This document shows positions 1 to 7,242 of a stretch of 64,000 nucleotides of DNA, piece by piece. Origin of the DNA: a virus; the IMG/VR virus record IMGVR_UViG_3300045988_129927. The stretch is one strand, 5' to 3'. Below the pieces are notes generated by a model. That model saw only the letters and a list, made by a program, of their open reading frames with translations, made no database searches and was not told the DNA's origin. The first letter of the stretch is position 1, and every line of letters starts with the position of its first letter. The translations under genes were made by a program, and so were the position numbers.

Positions 1-237
1 TTCACAGCGAGGGTCTTTGTAAAGACCATACGCACCTTCAATTTGACCATCAGATGAGCGCCAGTGCTGAATACGGCGAATAACGTTTAAAGCGTCTTTC
101 TCATCTTCTAACAAAGATTCTTTAACTACTTCATCTGGTACAGTAAATGTACCGAAGATAGTAGAAACAACAATATCGGTGATGTTGTCTAATTGTACAT
201 CATTGTGGTTATGGTTACATTGACATTGATTACACAT
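1..237 (-). CDS. hypothetical protein, N-terminal part only (gene runs off the window start); Cys/His-rich N-terminus MCNQCQCNHNHND
   Basis: ATG at 237-235 with AAAGGA 9 nt upstream. The frame is open for all 79 codons down to position 1. It is absent from the ORF track, presumably because it is truncated. Confidence 0.6.
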   Translation of the reverse strand, partial: MCNQCQCNHNHNDVQLDNITDIVVSTIFGTFTVPDEVVKESLLEDEKDALNVIRRIQHWRSSDGQIEGAYGLYKDPRCE

Positions 238-249
238 TTTAACATTCCT

Positions 250-804
250 TTATTCAAAAGCTTTCAAGAGTCCATTGATATTACAAGCAAAGATATCTTT
301 TATATTACTAAAGATACCTTCTGGAATATCTTCACCAATATTTGCTAATGGTTGTTTTGATGACTCGTTATCTTTGTAGTGGCTATACAGAGACGATTTA
401 ACATCATCCATAATCGTATTGTTAGTCACTTCGATATTATCTTCAAAGAAAGATAAGCGTCTTGCTTTATAGATGTTGATGGATTTTAACTGAACATTCT
501 CTTTGGTCAAGAGTTTAGATATTGTATTTAAATACTGATATCTTTTCAGATTACCTACATCGATTGCAGGTAATGTAATATCGACATTGTATTCACACAA
601 CAGTTCAGATAAATATAATGAGTTTCTGTCTACCATGTGTCTAACACCAGGGTCTACATGGTGGTCTCTGTTAATGAAGATATAGAAATCTTCTTTTTCC
701 ATAGTGACAGTGAAACATCTTCGATATAAGTCTAGAGTTTCTTTATCGAATCTATCCTTATGTATTACCATGGCTTCAACACCAATACTTAATAACTTAA
801 TCAC
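250..804 (-). CDS. hypothetical protein (184 aa)
   Basis: Track ORF. The GTG start overlaps the TGA stop of the upstream 35-aa ORF (GTGA), which suggests translational coupling. No recognisable motif. Confidence 0.7.
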   Translation of the reverse strand: MIKLLSIGVEAMVIHKDRFDKETLDLYRRCFTVTMEKEDFYIFINRDHHVDPGVRHMVDRNSLYLSELLCEYNVDITLPAIDVGNLKRYQYLNTISKLLTKENVQLKSINIYKARRLSFFEDNIEVTNNTIMDDVKSSLYSHYKDNESSKQPLANIGEDIPEGIFSNIKDIFACNINGLLKAFE

Positions 805-908
805 AATACTACTCCTTTACCATAATAGCCACAAGCTAAACCTAATAGAAATACAACAATTAAAATAATTGCTGATAGAATAGTATCAATACTGAATAAT
901 TGTTTCAT
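801..908 (-). CDS. small hydrophobic protein (35 aa), signal-peptide/lipobox-like ...LLGLAC
   Basis: ATG at 908 preceded by TATATAAAGGAAAC. Peptide: MKQLFSIDTILSAIILIVVFLLGLACGYYGKGVVL. Below the track length cut-off. It is the first ORF behind an early-type promoter motif. Confidence 0.5.
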   Translation of the reverse strand: MKQLFSIDTILSAIILIVVFLLGLACGYYGKGVVL

Positions 909-965
909 TTTTTGTTTCCTTTATATAAAAGACTAAGAGACAATTCTCAATTTAATAGTATATGG
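906..965 (-). repeat. promoter-leader module, copy 1 (near-identical to 23387..23444)
   Basis: Shared sequence GTTTCCTTTATATAAA-(A)GA(C/T)TAAGAGACAATTCTCAATTTAATAGTATA. Confidence 0.85.
948..965 (-). promoter_or_regulatory. early-type promoter motif
   Basis: Minus-strand reading CCATATACTATTAAATTG, 40 nt upstream of the ATG at 908. It is followed at once by the leader hairpin GAGA/TCTC (937-948). Confidence 0.5.
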
Positions 966-992
966 TTAAAAAAATATACACTACAATATACG

Positions 993-1024
993 CTACTAGT
1001 AGGAGTATAATCTCCTACTAGTAG
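993..1024 (-). terminator. hairpin terminator
   Basis: 13-bp perfect stem CTACTAGTAGGAG/CTCCTACTAGTAG with a 6-nt loop, 9 nt past the stop of 1033..1473. Confidence 0.6.
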
Positions 1025-1032
1025 TATCTTAA

Positions 1033-1473
1033 TTAAGATTTTGTAATAGCTATATAATACCCATCATCACCTAATACCAAAGAAACAACATTTCCAATAG
1101 GCGAACCTCCCAACGTGTTACTTAGATTATATAGAGGTAAATCTTCCAGCATGTCATTTAGTTTGTATACAAAATCGAATACTTCGTCTTTGATTTCATC
1201 AATACTACTAAATGTTAAATCTGCTTCACCCATTGACTTATAACAAGCATAGAGACAAGTAATATACATAAACATTAAATTACTTTTCTCACTGTTTTTA
1301 TCTAATAAAATATAGGTTTGTTCACCGTCATCTACAGCAATTCTTTCCAGAAATATAATGAAGAGATGATTCAATAGATTACGTTCTTCTTCATTGAATC
1401 CAAAGACATTATTAATAATAGTCTTTTTCTTTTCAATTTTAGTAATCACATCTGTTTCAACATTAACTTTCAT
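1033..1473 (-). CDS. hypothetical protein (146 aa)
   Basis: Track ORF with AAGGAG SD 6 nt upstream of the ATG. A terminator hairpin follows the stop. Confidence 0.75.
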   Translation of the reverse strand: MKVNVETDVITKIEKKKTIINNVFGFNEEERNLLNHLFIIFLERIAVDDGEQTYILLDKNSEKSNLMFMYITCLYACYKSMGEADLTFSSIDEIKDEVFDFVYKLNDMLEDLPLYNLSNTLGGSPIGNVVSLVLGDDGYYIAITKS

Positions 1474-1540
1474 TTTAAACTCCTTAAAAAAATAAATATC
1501 ACAAAAAAGTAAACAGTAAAAAATAAATGAAGAATTAAAG

Positions 1541-1570
1541 AGTAATAGGTAGGAAATCCTACCTATTACT
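1541..1570 (-). terminator. hairpin terminator
   Basis: 13-bp stem AGTAATAGGTAGG/CCTACCTATTACT with loop AAAT, downstream of 1607..1891. Confidence 0.6.
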
Positions 1571-1606
1571 CCATTCAGTGATTATTCGATGTCTATAAGC
1601 CATTGG

Positions 1607-1891
1607 TCATGCAATGCCTTTGTTAGTGCGTTTAGCATTATTCATCATATTGCTGGCGTTTTTAGATATCTTAACTCTAACTACCTCTTTAATTACTTCC
1701 GAAACGATAACTTTAAGTTCATTTGAATCAACCATCTTTAAACAAGTATTTATATCACCCATGTTTTCGGGAGTGATTTTTGCTTTGGATTCATTTGGGA
1801 GTTTATCCCAGATTTTGTTACGGATGGATACATGTGCTTCTTCCAGCATTTCGCCAGCAAAAGCTGTAATTTTTTCGTTAATGTTGGTCAT
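1607..1891 (-). CDS. hypothetical protein (94 aa)
   Basis: Track ORF preceded by ATTCTTATATAAAGGAAATCCAA-ATG. Preferred over the mirror plus-strand ORF 1614..1910, which has no SD. Confidence 0.7.
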   Translation of the reverse strand: MTNINEKITAFAGEMLEEAHVSIRNKIWDKLPNESKAKITPENMGDINTCLKMVDSNELKVIVSEVIKEVVRVKISKNASNMMNNAKRTNKGIA

Positions 1892-1920
1892 TTGGATTTC
1901 CTTTATATAAGAATAATTTA

Positions 1921-1948
1921 ATACCAGATAGGTTTTCCTATCTGGTAT
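1921..1948 (-). terminator. hairpin terminator
   Basis: 12-bp stem ATACCAGATAGG/CCTATCTGGTAT with loop TTTT, downstream of 1955..2266. Confidence 0.6.
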
Positions 1949-1954
1949 TAATAA

Positions 1955-2266
1955 TTAAAGAAAGTTAAAGCCATCAGAAATGACTCGTGTCATTTCTGGA
2001 ACTTCAGTATTTTGTTTGGTTTCAAGATACTGTTTAAACCGGCGTGCTTCACCGGATTTCTTTACTTTGTATTTTAACTCTTTAATGCGCTCTTTGATTT
2101 TTTCTTTAGAGTTAATTTCAATAACTTTAACTTCTGTTTCTACCAATTCTACAGTAGTTTCTGGAATACTTTCTACTACTGTTTCACCAGTGGCTTCGAT
2201 ATTATTTTTGGTAGCCATACCATGCAATAAATTTGCATACTTGTTTAAATTTTCTTTACGATTCAT
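1955..2266 (-). CDS. hypothetical Lys/Glu-rich protein (103 aa)
   Basis: Track ORF with AAAGGAAAC SD. The early-type promoter motif lies 52 nt upstream. The mirror plus-strand ORF 1980..2291 is rejected. Confidence 0.7.
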   Translation of the reverse strand: MNRKENLNKYANLLHGMATKNNIEATGETVVESIPETTVELVETEVKVIEINSKEKIKERIKELKYKVKKSGEARRFKQYLETKQNTEVPEMTRVISDGFNFL

Positions 2267-2317
2267 TTTTAGTTTCCTTTATTTAAGATGAAAAATAATA
2301 AGGAGATAATTCCTTTA

Positions 2318-2336
2318 CCAATTTAATAATATATAT
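2318..2336 (-). promoter_or_regulatory. early-type promoter motif
   Basis: ATATATATTATTAAATTGG, 52 nt upstream of the ATG at 2266. The leader hairpin AAGGA/TCCTT is at 2300-2315. Confidence 0.5.
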
Positions 2337-2384
2337 CTGAAATATTCTATATTTCAGACGACTTAGGTGTAGAACACCGTAAGT
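2337..2384. other. conserved double-hairpin element, copy A
   Basis: Hairpin 1 is 2337-2357 (CTGAAATAT/ATATTTCAG). ACG is the linker. Hairpin 2 is 2361-2384 (ACTTAGGTG/CACC-G-TAAGT with a bulged G). The architecture matches 23023..23073, with compensatory changes in the inner stems. Confidence 0.6.
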
Positions 2385-2440
2385 TATCTGAAATATTTTA
2401 TAATCTTTTTAAATATAAATTAAACTATAAATAATTAAAT

Positions 2441-2472
2441 ACTACTCTACCACATTATCGTGGTAGAGTAGT
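2441..2472 (-). terminator. hairpin terminator
   Basis: 12-bp stem ACTACTCTACCA/TGGTAGAGTAGT with an 8-nt loop, downstream of 2502..4076. Confidence 0.6.
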
Positions 2473-2501
2473 ATCCATTATTTAATACAAATCAATTAGT
2501 A

Positions 2502-4076
2502 TTAATCGTTTTTAGAAGGAGTCATCAGGTCAGCTTGTTTAGAGATAACATCCAACAAACCTTTAACTTCAAACAATACATAAGTAGAGAAAGAAGTACC
2601 TGGTTCACGCAGCAAACCAATTAAATCATTGATGTACAGAATAGAAACACGTGTAGCACGAATATTAGCCATGAAGCCACGACCTTCACGTGCTTTCTTA
2701 GAAATAGCAACGTATTTAGTACGCAATTTCCAAATCACGGTTTTCAGTTTACCAGCTACAGGTTTAGTAGCGTCGATAAGTTTCTTGATTTGTTGCATTT
2801 GACCCAACAGTTTTTCAATACCGGCAACAGCAGCTTGCAAGTCAGCACGTGATTGAACAGGGATTTGAACATCACCGCTTTTCTCTGCAACTTTATAGTT
2901 GGTGATACGAGAGTAGATACGGCCGCTGTGGCCTTTTTCACCAGCATCACCAGTACTAGTACCAACAACAGTCACACCTACTTTGTTGCGTGGCAGAGCA
3001 CGGGAAACAAAGCATTTCTCACTTTGTTTCAGTTTAACACCAGCACGTGCGGCTTCTTGAGAAGAAACAGGAGTACCACCAACGAATGGCAAGGTTTTCC
3101 AAACTTCTTCAGCTGAAGCACCAAGGGTACGGCGAACAACCATATCTGCACCGTTAACATGTTCGTCTTTAGAGGCACCAGATTTATAGCTGTTAGCTTC
3201 AGCGTATTTCAGACCACCGTCAACATCTTTTTCGATTTCTTCAACAGTTTGCAATGTAGCTTGACCAATTTTCTCACCAAAAGAACCGATTTTTTGTACA
3301 GTCCAGCGTTTAGCGATTTCGTCAGCTACAGCTTGCATAGCGGCTACACACTCGCTAGGAGTAGACAACTTACCATTGATGTAAAGAGACAGTGCGCCGC
3401 CGTGAGATTTATAAGATTTTTCTTTAGGGGCGGCAGTGGCTTTATCCAATTTTTCTTTAACTTTAGCAGCGTAAGATTTCATTTTTTCAAAGTTATTGAA
3501 AAGTTTAGAAACCAGTTGTGCGCCTTTATCCATAATCCAAGCGATACCTTTCAAGATACCATCCAAGATTTTCAAGAAGAAGTTCTTAACAGATTCAATG
3601 GCACCTTCGGTGTTCATTGATACACCACCTACAGTAGCGAAGGATTCAGTGCTATAGTCAAGAGCAGGTACGTGTTCAGCAGGAACACCAAGACGACCAG
3701 AGATGTAGTTAACATGTTCGTGAGCCAGTTCGCAGTGTACTTCAGTCAGACCACCGGTCATTTTAGCAGCAAACAAGTTAGCCAAGAAAGATTCAGTAGC
3801 TACAGCAGCTTCTTGAGCTTCTTCTACTTCTTCTTCTACGTCAGCTACTTCTTCAGCATCTTCTTGAGTATCCAGAAGTTCAGTGTTCAGTTCTTCAGAT
3901 TCAGTAACTGTTTCTTCACCAGCAGAGTTTTCAGTAGTTTCGATTACTTCTTCGCTAACACCTTCATCACCAACTACATCTTCGAAACCTTCAACAACAG
4001 TTTCAGTATTGGCTTCAGTAGCGTCCAGGTTAGTTACTTGTACTTGACCTGCAATAATTTTATCAAATAAAGACAT
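2502..4076 (-). CDS. MSLFD-family protein with a ~95-aa poly-acidic N-terminal region; candidate virion (head or inner-body type) protein
   Basis: Track ORF with AAGGA SD. Strong codon bias (G/C-ending codons), which produces long antisense pseudo-ORFs. N-terminus MSLFDKIIAG followed by an E/D-rich tract. It shares the motif STESF(A/S)T with 7243..8796. Confidence 0.85.
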   Translation of the reverse strand: MSLFDKIIAGQVQVTNLDATEANTETVVEGFEDVVGDEGVSEEVIETTENSAGEETVTESEELNTELLDTQEDAEEVADVEEEVEEAQEAAVATESFLANLFAAKMTGGLTEVHCELAHEHVNYISGRLGVPAEHVPALDYSTESFATVGGVSMNTEGAIESVKNFFLKILDGILKGIAWIMDKGAQLVSKLFNNFEKMKSYAAKVKEKLDKATAAPKEKSYKSHGGALSLYINGKLSTPSECVAAMQAVADEIAKRWTVQKIGSFGEKIGQATLQTVEEIEKDVDGGLKYAEANSYKSGASKDEHVNGADMVVRRTLGASAEEVWKTLPFVGGTPVSSQEAARAGVKLKQSEKCFVSRALPRNKVGVTVVGTSTGDAGEKGHSGRIYSRITNYKVAEKSGDVQIPVQSRADLQAAVAGIEKLLGQMQQIKKLIDATKPVAGKLKTVIWKLRTKYVAISKKAREGRGFMANIRATRVSILYINDLIGLLREPGTSFSTYVLFEVKGLLDVISKQADLMTPSKND

Positions 4077-4268
4077 AATAAATCCTTTTTTAACTAGTAA
4101 AATAAATTTGTTTGGAATTTGTTTTACTCAGAATCTTTTAAAGTACTACTAACATAAAGTTAAAATACGTTTCGGTATAACGTACTTAATAGAAAATAAT
4201 ACTTTAGCTATTTACCATATATAAGTAGTATTTTACTAACACTATTGTTTTTATAAAAGGAAATTGAA

Positions 4269-4772
4269 ATGGAAATAAATGAACTAGATGAAAAACTCAT
4301 TCCTGATTATTTAATAGATGAAAATAGCTATTTAGAATCTACAATCGCGGATTTGAAGAGAGAACTTAAAGAAAATGATAAAAAGATAGAATCTATATTG
4401 AATCTTAAGACTATTCAGTGGAATGGTATTAAATCAATTAAGGCATCAGTAAATTATACTAAAGTAGCTAGATTAATTGCTGACAGTAGAGTATCTGAAC
4501 CTAACAGTATCTTCTATTTTTACAACTTTCATGGTGAAGTACTGTCTATGGTAGATGCCATTAAATGTTCTGAATTACCTGATTACAAAGATAATTTTGA
4601 ACTATACGAGTTAGTATGTGATAAGATTAAAACTATGCTTAATAATTCTAATGGAAGTGCTCTTTATTACATTAAAGGATTTATTTCAAATAAAGAATTT
4701 AATGTAGATACAAGTCACATAACGTTTATTGGGTCTTTACAAGATTTACTTCAAATAAAGATTGTAGATTAA
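4269..4772 (+). CDS. hypothetical protein (167 aa), N-terminal coiled-coil; distant paralog of 4784..5263
   Basis: Track ORF with AAAAGGAAA SD. It shares ME..., a coiled-coil N-terminus and NNSNGS..YY with the next ORF. Confidence 0.75.
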   Translation: MEINELDEKLIPDYLIDENSYLESTIADLKRELKENDKKIESILNLKTIQWNGIKSIKASVNYTKVARLIADSRVSEPNSIFYFYNFHGEVLSMVDAIKCSELPDYKDNFELYELVCDKIKTMLNNSNGSALYYIKGFISNKEFNVDTSHITFIGSLQDLLQIKIVD

Positions 4773-4783
4773 GGATTAGGAAA

Positions 4784-5263
4784 ATGGAAACTAAAGATAA
4801 AATTAATGGTTTTTTAACTAAGATTCGTGATTTGGAAGAATCTATTAAAGATAAAACCAATGAATTAAATGAAGCAATTGTTGAATATCAAGATTATCTT
4901 ACTGAACTTTTTAAATCAAATAAGATAAGCCGTATTAATGCAGATTGGTTTGCTACTAATTTCTGTCGTTTTTCAGAAGAATATGGTGAATATATTACTG
5001 AGTATAATCACGATGACGTACTTACTTTCTTTATTGAACATAAAGACGGTAGGATTTCGCAATTGTTTGATTTTAAGATTTCTACCATGATAAAAGAAGA
5101 TGGTTATTGTAATTATAACTTTAAAGACTTCATGTTAAAACGTATTACTACTAATTTAGAAAATAATGGTAGTAATAGTAAAATTTATTATATGTCGGAT
5201 ATTGATGGTGATATTACCGAGATTGTTTTTAATGATAATCAGAGAAAATATTACGGTGTATAA
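4784..5263 (+). CDS. hypothetical protein (159 aa), distant paralog of 4269..4772
   Basis: Track ORF with AAGGATTAGGAAA upstream. It has the same domain layout as the previous ORF (coiled-coil, then NNGSNSKIYY). Confidence 0.75.
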   Translation: METKDKINGFLTKIRDLEESIKDKTNELNEAIVEYQDYLTELFKSNKISRINADWFATNFCRFSEEYGEYITEYNHDDVLTFFIEHKDGRISQLFDFKISTMIKEDGYCNYNFKDFMLKRITTNLENNGSNSKIYYMSDIDGDITEIVFNDNQRKYYGV

Positions 5264-5314
5264 CGATACATTAACTTATATTGAAAAATCAATTAAACTT
5301 AAGGAAAATTAAAA

Positions 5315-5890
5315 ATGGCAGGATTAGAATTATCTAATACCATTATTAAGCACAGCGTTGCTAAAACATACTCTCTTTATCTTTCTGGTGGTATTTACGA
5401 TGATACTCAGAAAGAATTCTTAAATGACTTACGTATTGTTACAGAACATCCTGTCAATACGACACTTAAGCTCTTTATTAATTCTCCTGGTGGTTATGTG
5501 CACATCATGAATGAAATCATTTACTATATCCAAGAGTATAGTAAAAAAGGTGGATGTCTGGAATTGTATATTACTGGTCAAGCTTGTTCAGCAGCTATTG
5601 TTATCTTTACACAATTGTTACCATTGGCTTGTAAGTACGATGTTAACCCAGATTCTACCATCATGATTCACACTGCATTCTCTGGTATGTTTGGTAAAGC
5701 CAGTGACATTAAAGATTATGCTAGTCATTTGGATAAATCTGAAATGATTAAATGTTTTAAAAATATCTTACCTAAAAAGCTTTATGAGAAAGCAGCAAAA
5801 CGAGATAAAGATGTTTGGCTGACTGGTAAGAAGTTTATGTCTTACTTGAAGAAGGCTACTGAAAAAGGTCATTTACCTAAATTAGATTAA
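5315..5890 (+). CDS. ClpP-like (S14-type) serine peptidase, 191 aa
   Basis: INSPGGYV (ClpP INSPGG box). GQACSAA is the catalytic Ser context and IMIHTA the His context. KRDKDVWLTG resembles the ClpP Asp region. A hairpin follows the stop. Confidence 0.7.
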   Translation: MAGLELSNTIIKHSVAKTYSLYLSGGIYDDTQKEFLNDLRIVTEHPVNTTLKLFINSPGGYVHIMNEIIYYIQEYSKKGGCLELYITGQACSAAIVIFTQLLPLACKYDVNPDSTIMIHTAFSGMFGKASDIKDYASHLDKSEMIKCFKNILPKKLYEKAAKRDKDVWLTGKKFMSYLKKATEKGHLPKLD

Positions 5891-5912
5891 AAAATAAATT
5901 AAAGTACTGTTT

Positions 5913-5944
5913 ATTAGAGAGACAGTAAATACTGTCTCTCTAAT
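5913..5944 (+). terminator. hairpin terminator
   Basis: 14-bp stem ATTAGAGAGACAGT/ACTGTCTCTCTAAT with loop AAAT, downstream of 5315..5890. Confidence 0.6.
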
Positions 5945-5971
5945 AGATTTACTATGTGTTTTAAAATAAAA

Positions 5972-6039
5972 AAATAAGATAGTTTAAATAAGTAAAGGTA
6001 GCACTGCCACTGCCGCCTTTACTTGTATCTATCTTATTT
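5972..6039. terminator. two-tier long hairpin between convergent genes
   Basis: The outer 11-bp stem is AAATAAGATAG/CTATCTTATTT. The inner 9-bp stem is AAGTAAAGG/CCTTTACTT around a G+C-rich 17-nt loop. It ends 9 nt before the stop of 6048..6434. Confidence 0.5.
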
Positions 6040-6047
6040 GCTGGTGA

Positions 6048-6434
6048 TTAATCTACATTAATCCCTTGTGCCAGCTCTTTCCATTGGTCAAGAGTGAAGT
6101 TTTCCTCTACTTCCTTCGACATTTCTTCCAATGAGTTGATGCGTTCTGCATCACCCATGAAGAAGCAGTGGAAAGATTTGCCGTTTTTGCGACATCCTAC
6201 GATATCGCCATTATCGGCGATATGTCGAACTTCGGCAACTTCTGACTCGAGAGCTGCACCCAACATCACATCCCACTCTTCCTCCAGTTCCATTTCTGGA
6301 GAAAGAGGTAATGGGTTGGATACAAACAGTTCCCATTTGTCTTCCCACACATCACACCCCAGTGAAGGCATGGCTGCTACCAACCATTTTTGGAAGACCT
6401 CTTGGGTTACCTTAATTTGTTTGATTGTCTTCAT
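6048..6434 (-). CDS. hypothetical protein (128 aa), paralog of 6525..7082
   Basis: Track ORF with AAAGGAAAG SD. It shares (T/S)(Q/K)EVF(Q/E)KW(L/V), ADN.D.V.C and FF.G...RI...EM with 6525..7082. The G+C content is higher than in the flanking DNA. Confidence 0.75.
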   Translation of the reverse strand: MKTIKQIKVTQEVFQKWLVAAMPSLGCDVWEDKWELFVSNPLPLSPEMELEEEWDVMLGAALESEVAEVRHIADNGDIVGCRKNGKSFHCFFMGDAERINSLEEMSKEVEENFTLDQWKELAQGINVD

Positions 6435-6476
6435 TCTCTTTCCTTTCGTTTTGTTTGGTAAATAGAATTAAGTAAG

Positions 6477-6505
6477 CTAGAGAGATAGTGGTAGTATCTC
6501 TCTAG
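6477..6505 (-). terminator. hairpin terminator
   Basis: 11-bp stem CTAGAGAGATA/TATCTCTCTAG with a 7-nt loop, downstream of 6525..7082. Confidence 0.55.
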
Positions 6506-6524
6506 ACCCTGTACTTAAATAATC

Positions 6525-7082
6525 CTATTTTGCTTTAATTCCTTTTAAAATAGAGAACGGGTTATTCTCTTTTGCGAACTTGCGGTCACTACGACGACGA
6601 CTCTCTTCAGAGCGGATTTTAGCTGCTTCTTTTTCCGCTGCACGACGTTCTTCGTATTCGTCTTTTATTTCCCACCAGTGCATGTCTGATGGAGCAGCTG
6701 ACTCGTGAACTGTGATGTCAGCACTTTCCTTCTTAAATGCTGGATCAGAGTCCTTCATCATTTCGATGAAGTCACGAATACGGCTCCGGCGACCTGAGAA
6801 GAAAGCAATATGTTCACCATCATGGTCAATCATGCCCCATGCGTTGCCGCCGCATGTAACATATTGGGCTACAGTATCCGATGTAGTCCAACCGCATTTA
6901 ACTTCGTCGTTATCGGCGTTGTAAAACTTAGTTACGCGCTTAACGATTGGTGGGAAGATGTTACCGTCAATTGTTCTACGACCATGCGGTGTGTCGTAGA
7001 AGTTGTCTGCTTCACGGGTTTCTTTTGCTACTTCAACCCATTTTTCAAATACTTCTTTAGATACATTTAATGTCAAAAACAT
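6525..7082 (-). CDS. hypothetical protein (185 aa), paralog of 6048..6434, basic/acidic C-terminal tail
   Basis: Track ORF with AAGGAG SD. The early-type promoter motif lies 59 nt upstream. The 64 nt ending at the start codon are identical to those of 22268..22945. Confidence 0.8.
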   Translation of the reverse strand: MFLTLNVSKEVFEKWVEVAKETREADNFYDTPHGRRTIDGNIFPPIVKRVTKFYNADNDEVKCGWTTSDTVAQYVTCGGNAWGMIDHDGEHIAFFSGRRSRIRDFIEMMKDSDPAFKKESADITVHESAAPSDMHWWEIKDEYEERRAAEKEAAKIRSEESRRRSDRKFAKENNPFSILKGIKAK

Positions 7083-7143
7083 AGTAAACTCCTTAAGTTT
7101 GTTGTTGAAAGAATTAAATTGGAAAGATTCCTCTCTCTTTCCA
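7080..7143 (-). repeat. 64-nt leader module, copy 1 (identical to 22943..23006)
   Basis: CATAGTAAACTCCTTAAGTTTGTTGTTGAAAGAATTAAATTGGAAAGATTCCTCTCTCTTTCCA on the plus strand. It spans the start codon, SD and leader hairpin, up to the promoter motif. Confidence 0.9.
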
Positions 7144-7158
7144 CTATAGTAGTATATG
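7141..7158 (-). promoter_or_regulatory. early-type promoter motif
   Basis: CATATACTACTATAGTGG, 59 nt upstream of the ATG at 7082. The leader hairpin GGAAAGA/TCTTTCC is at 7121-7142. Confidence 0.5.
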
Positions 7159-7197
7159 TTTGAAAAAATCTAGAATACATTAAAACATAGTAATAAA

Positions 7198-7229
7198 TAG
7201 ACACTATACGGATATCCGTATAGTGTCTA
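7198..7229 (-). terminator. hairpin terminator
   Basis: 32-nt perfect palindrome TAGACACTATACGGATATCCGTATAGTGTCTA, downstream of 7243..8796. Confidence 0.6.
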
Positions 7230-7242
7230 AATATATTAGTTA

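Noticed and set aside
1614-2291. Plus-strand ORFs 1614..1910 and 1980..2291, which mirror the minus-strand genes.
   Set aside because: The minus-strand partners have canonical TATAAAGGAAA-ATG signals and terminators. The plus-strand versions have neither, and they encode hydrophobic low-complexity strings.
2756-4070. ORFs 2756..2968(-), 2853..3116(+), 3159..3620(+) and 3672..4070(+) overlapping gene 2502..4076.
   Set aside because: Same artefact of codon bias as above. They have no ribosome-binding sites, and the products are F/S/T-rich nonsense.
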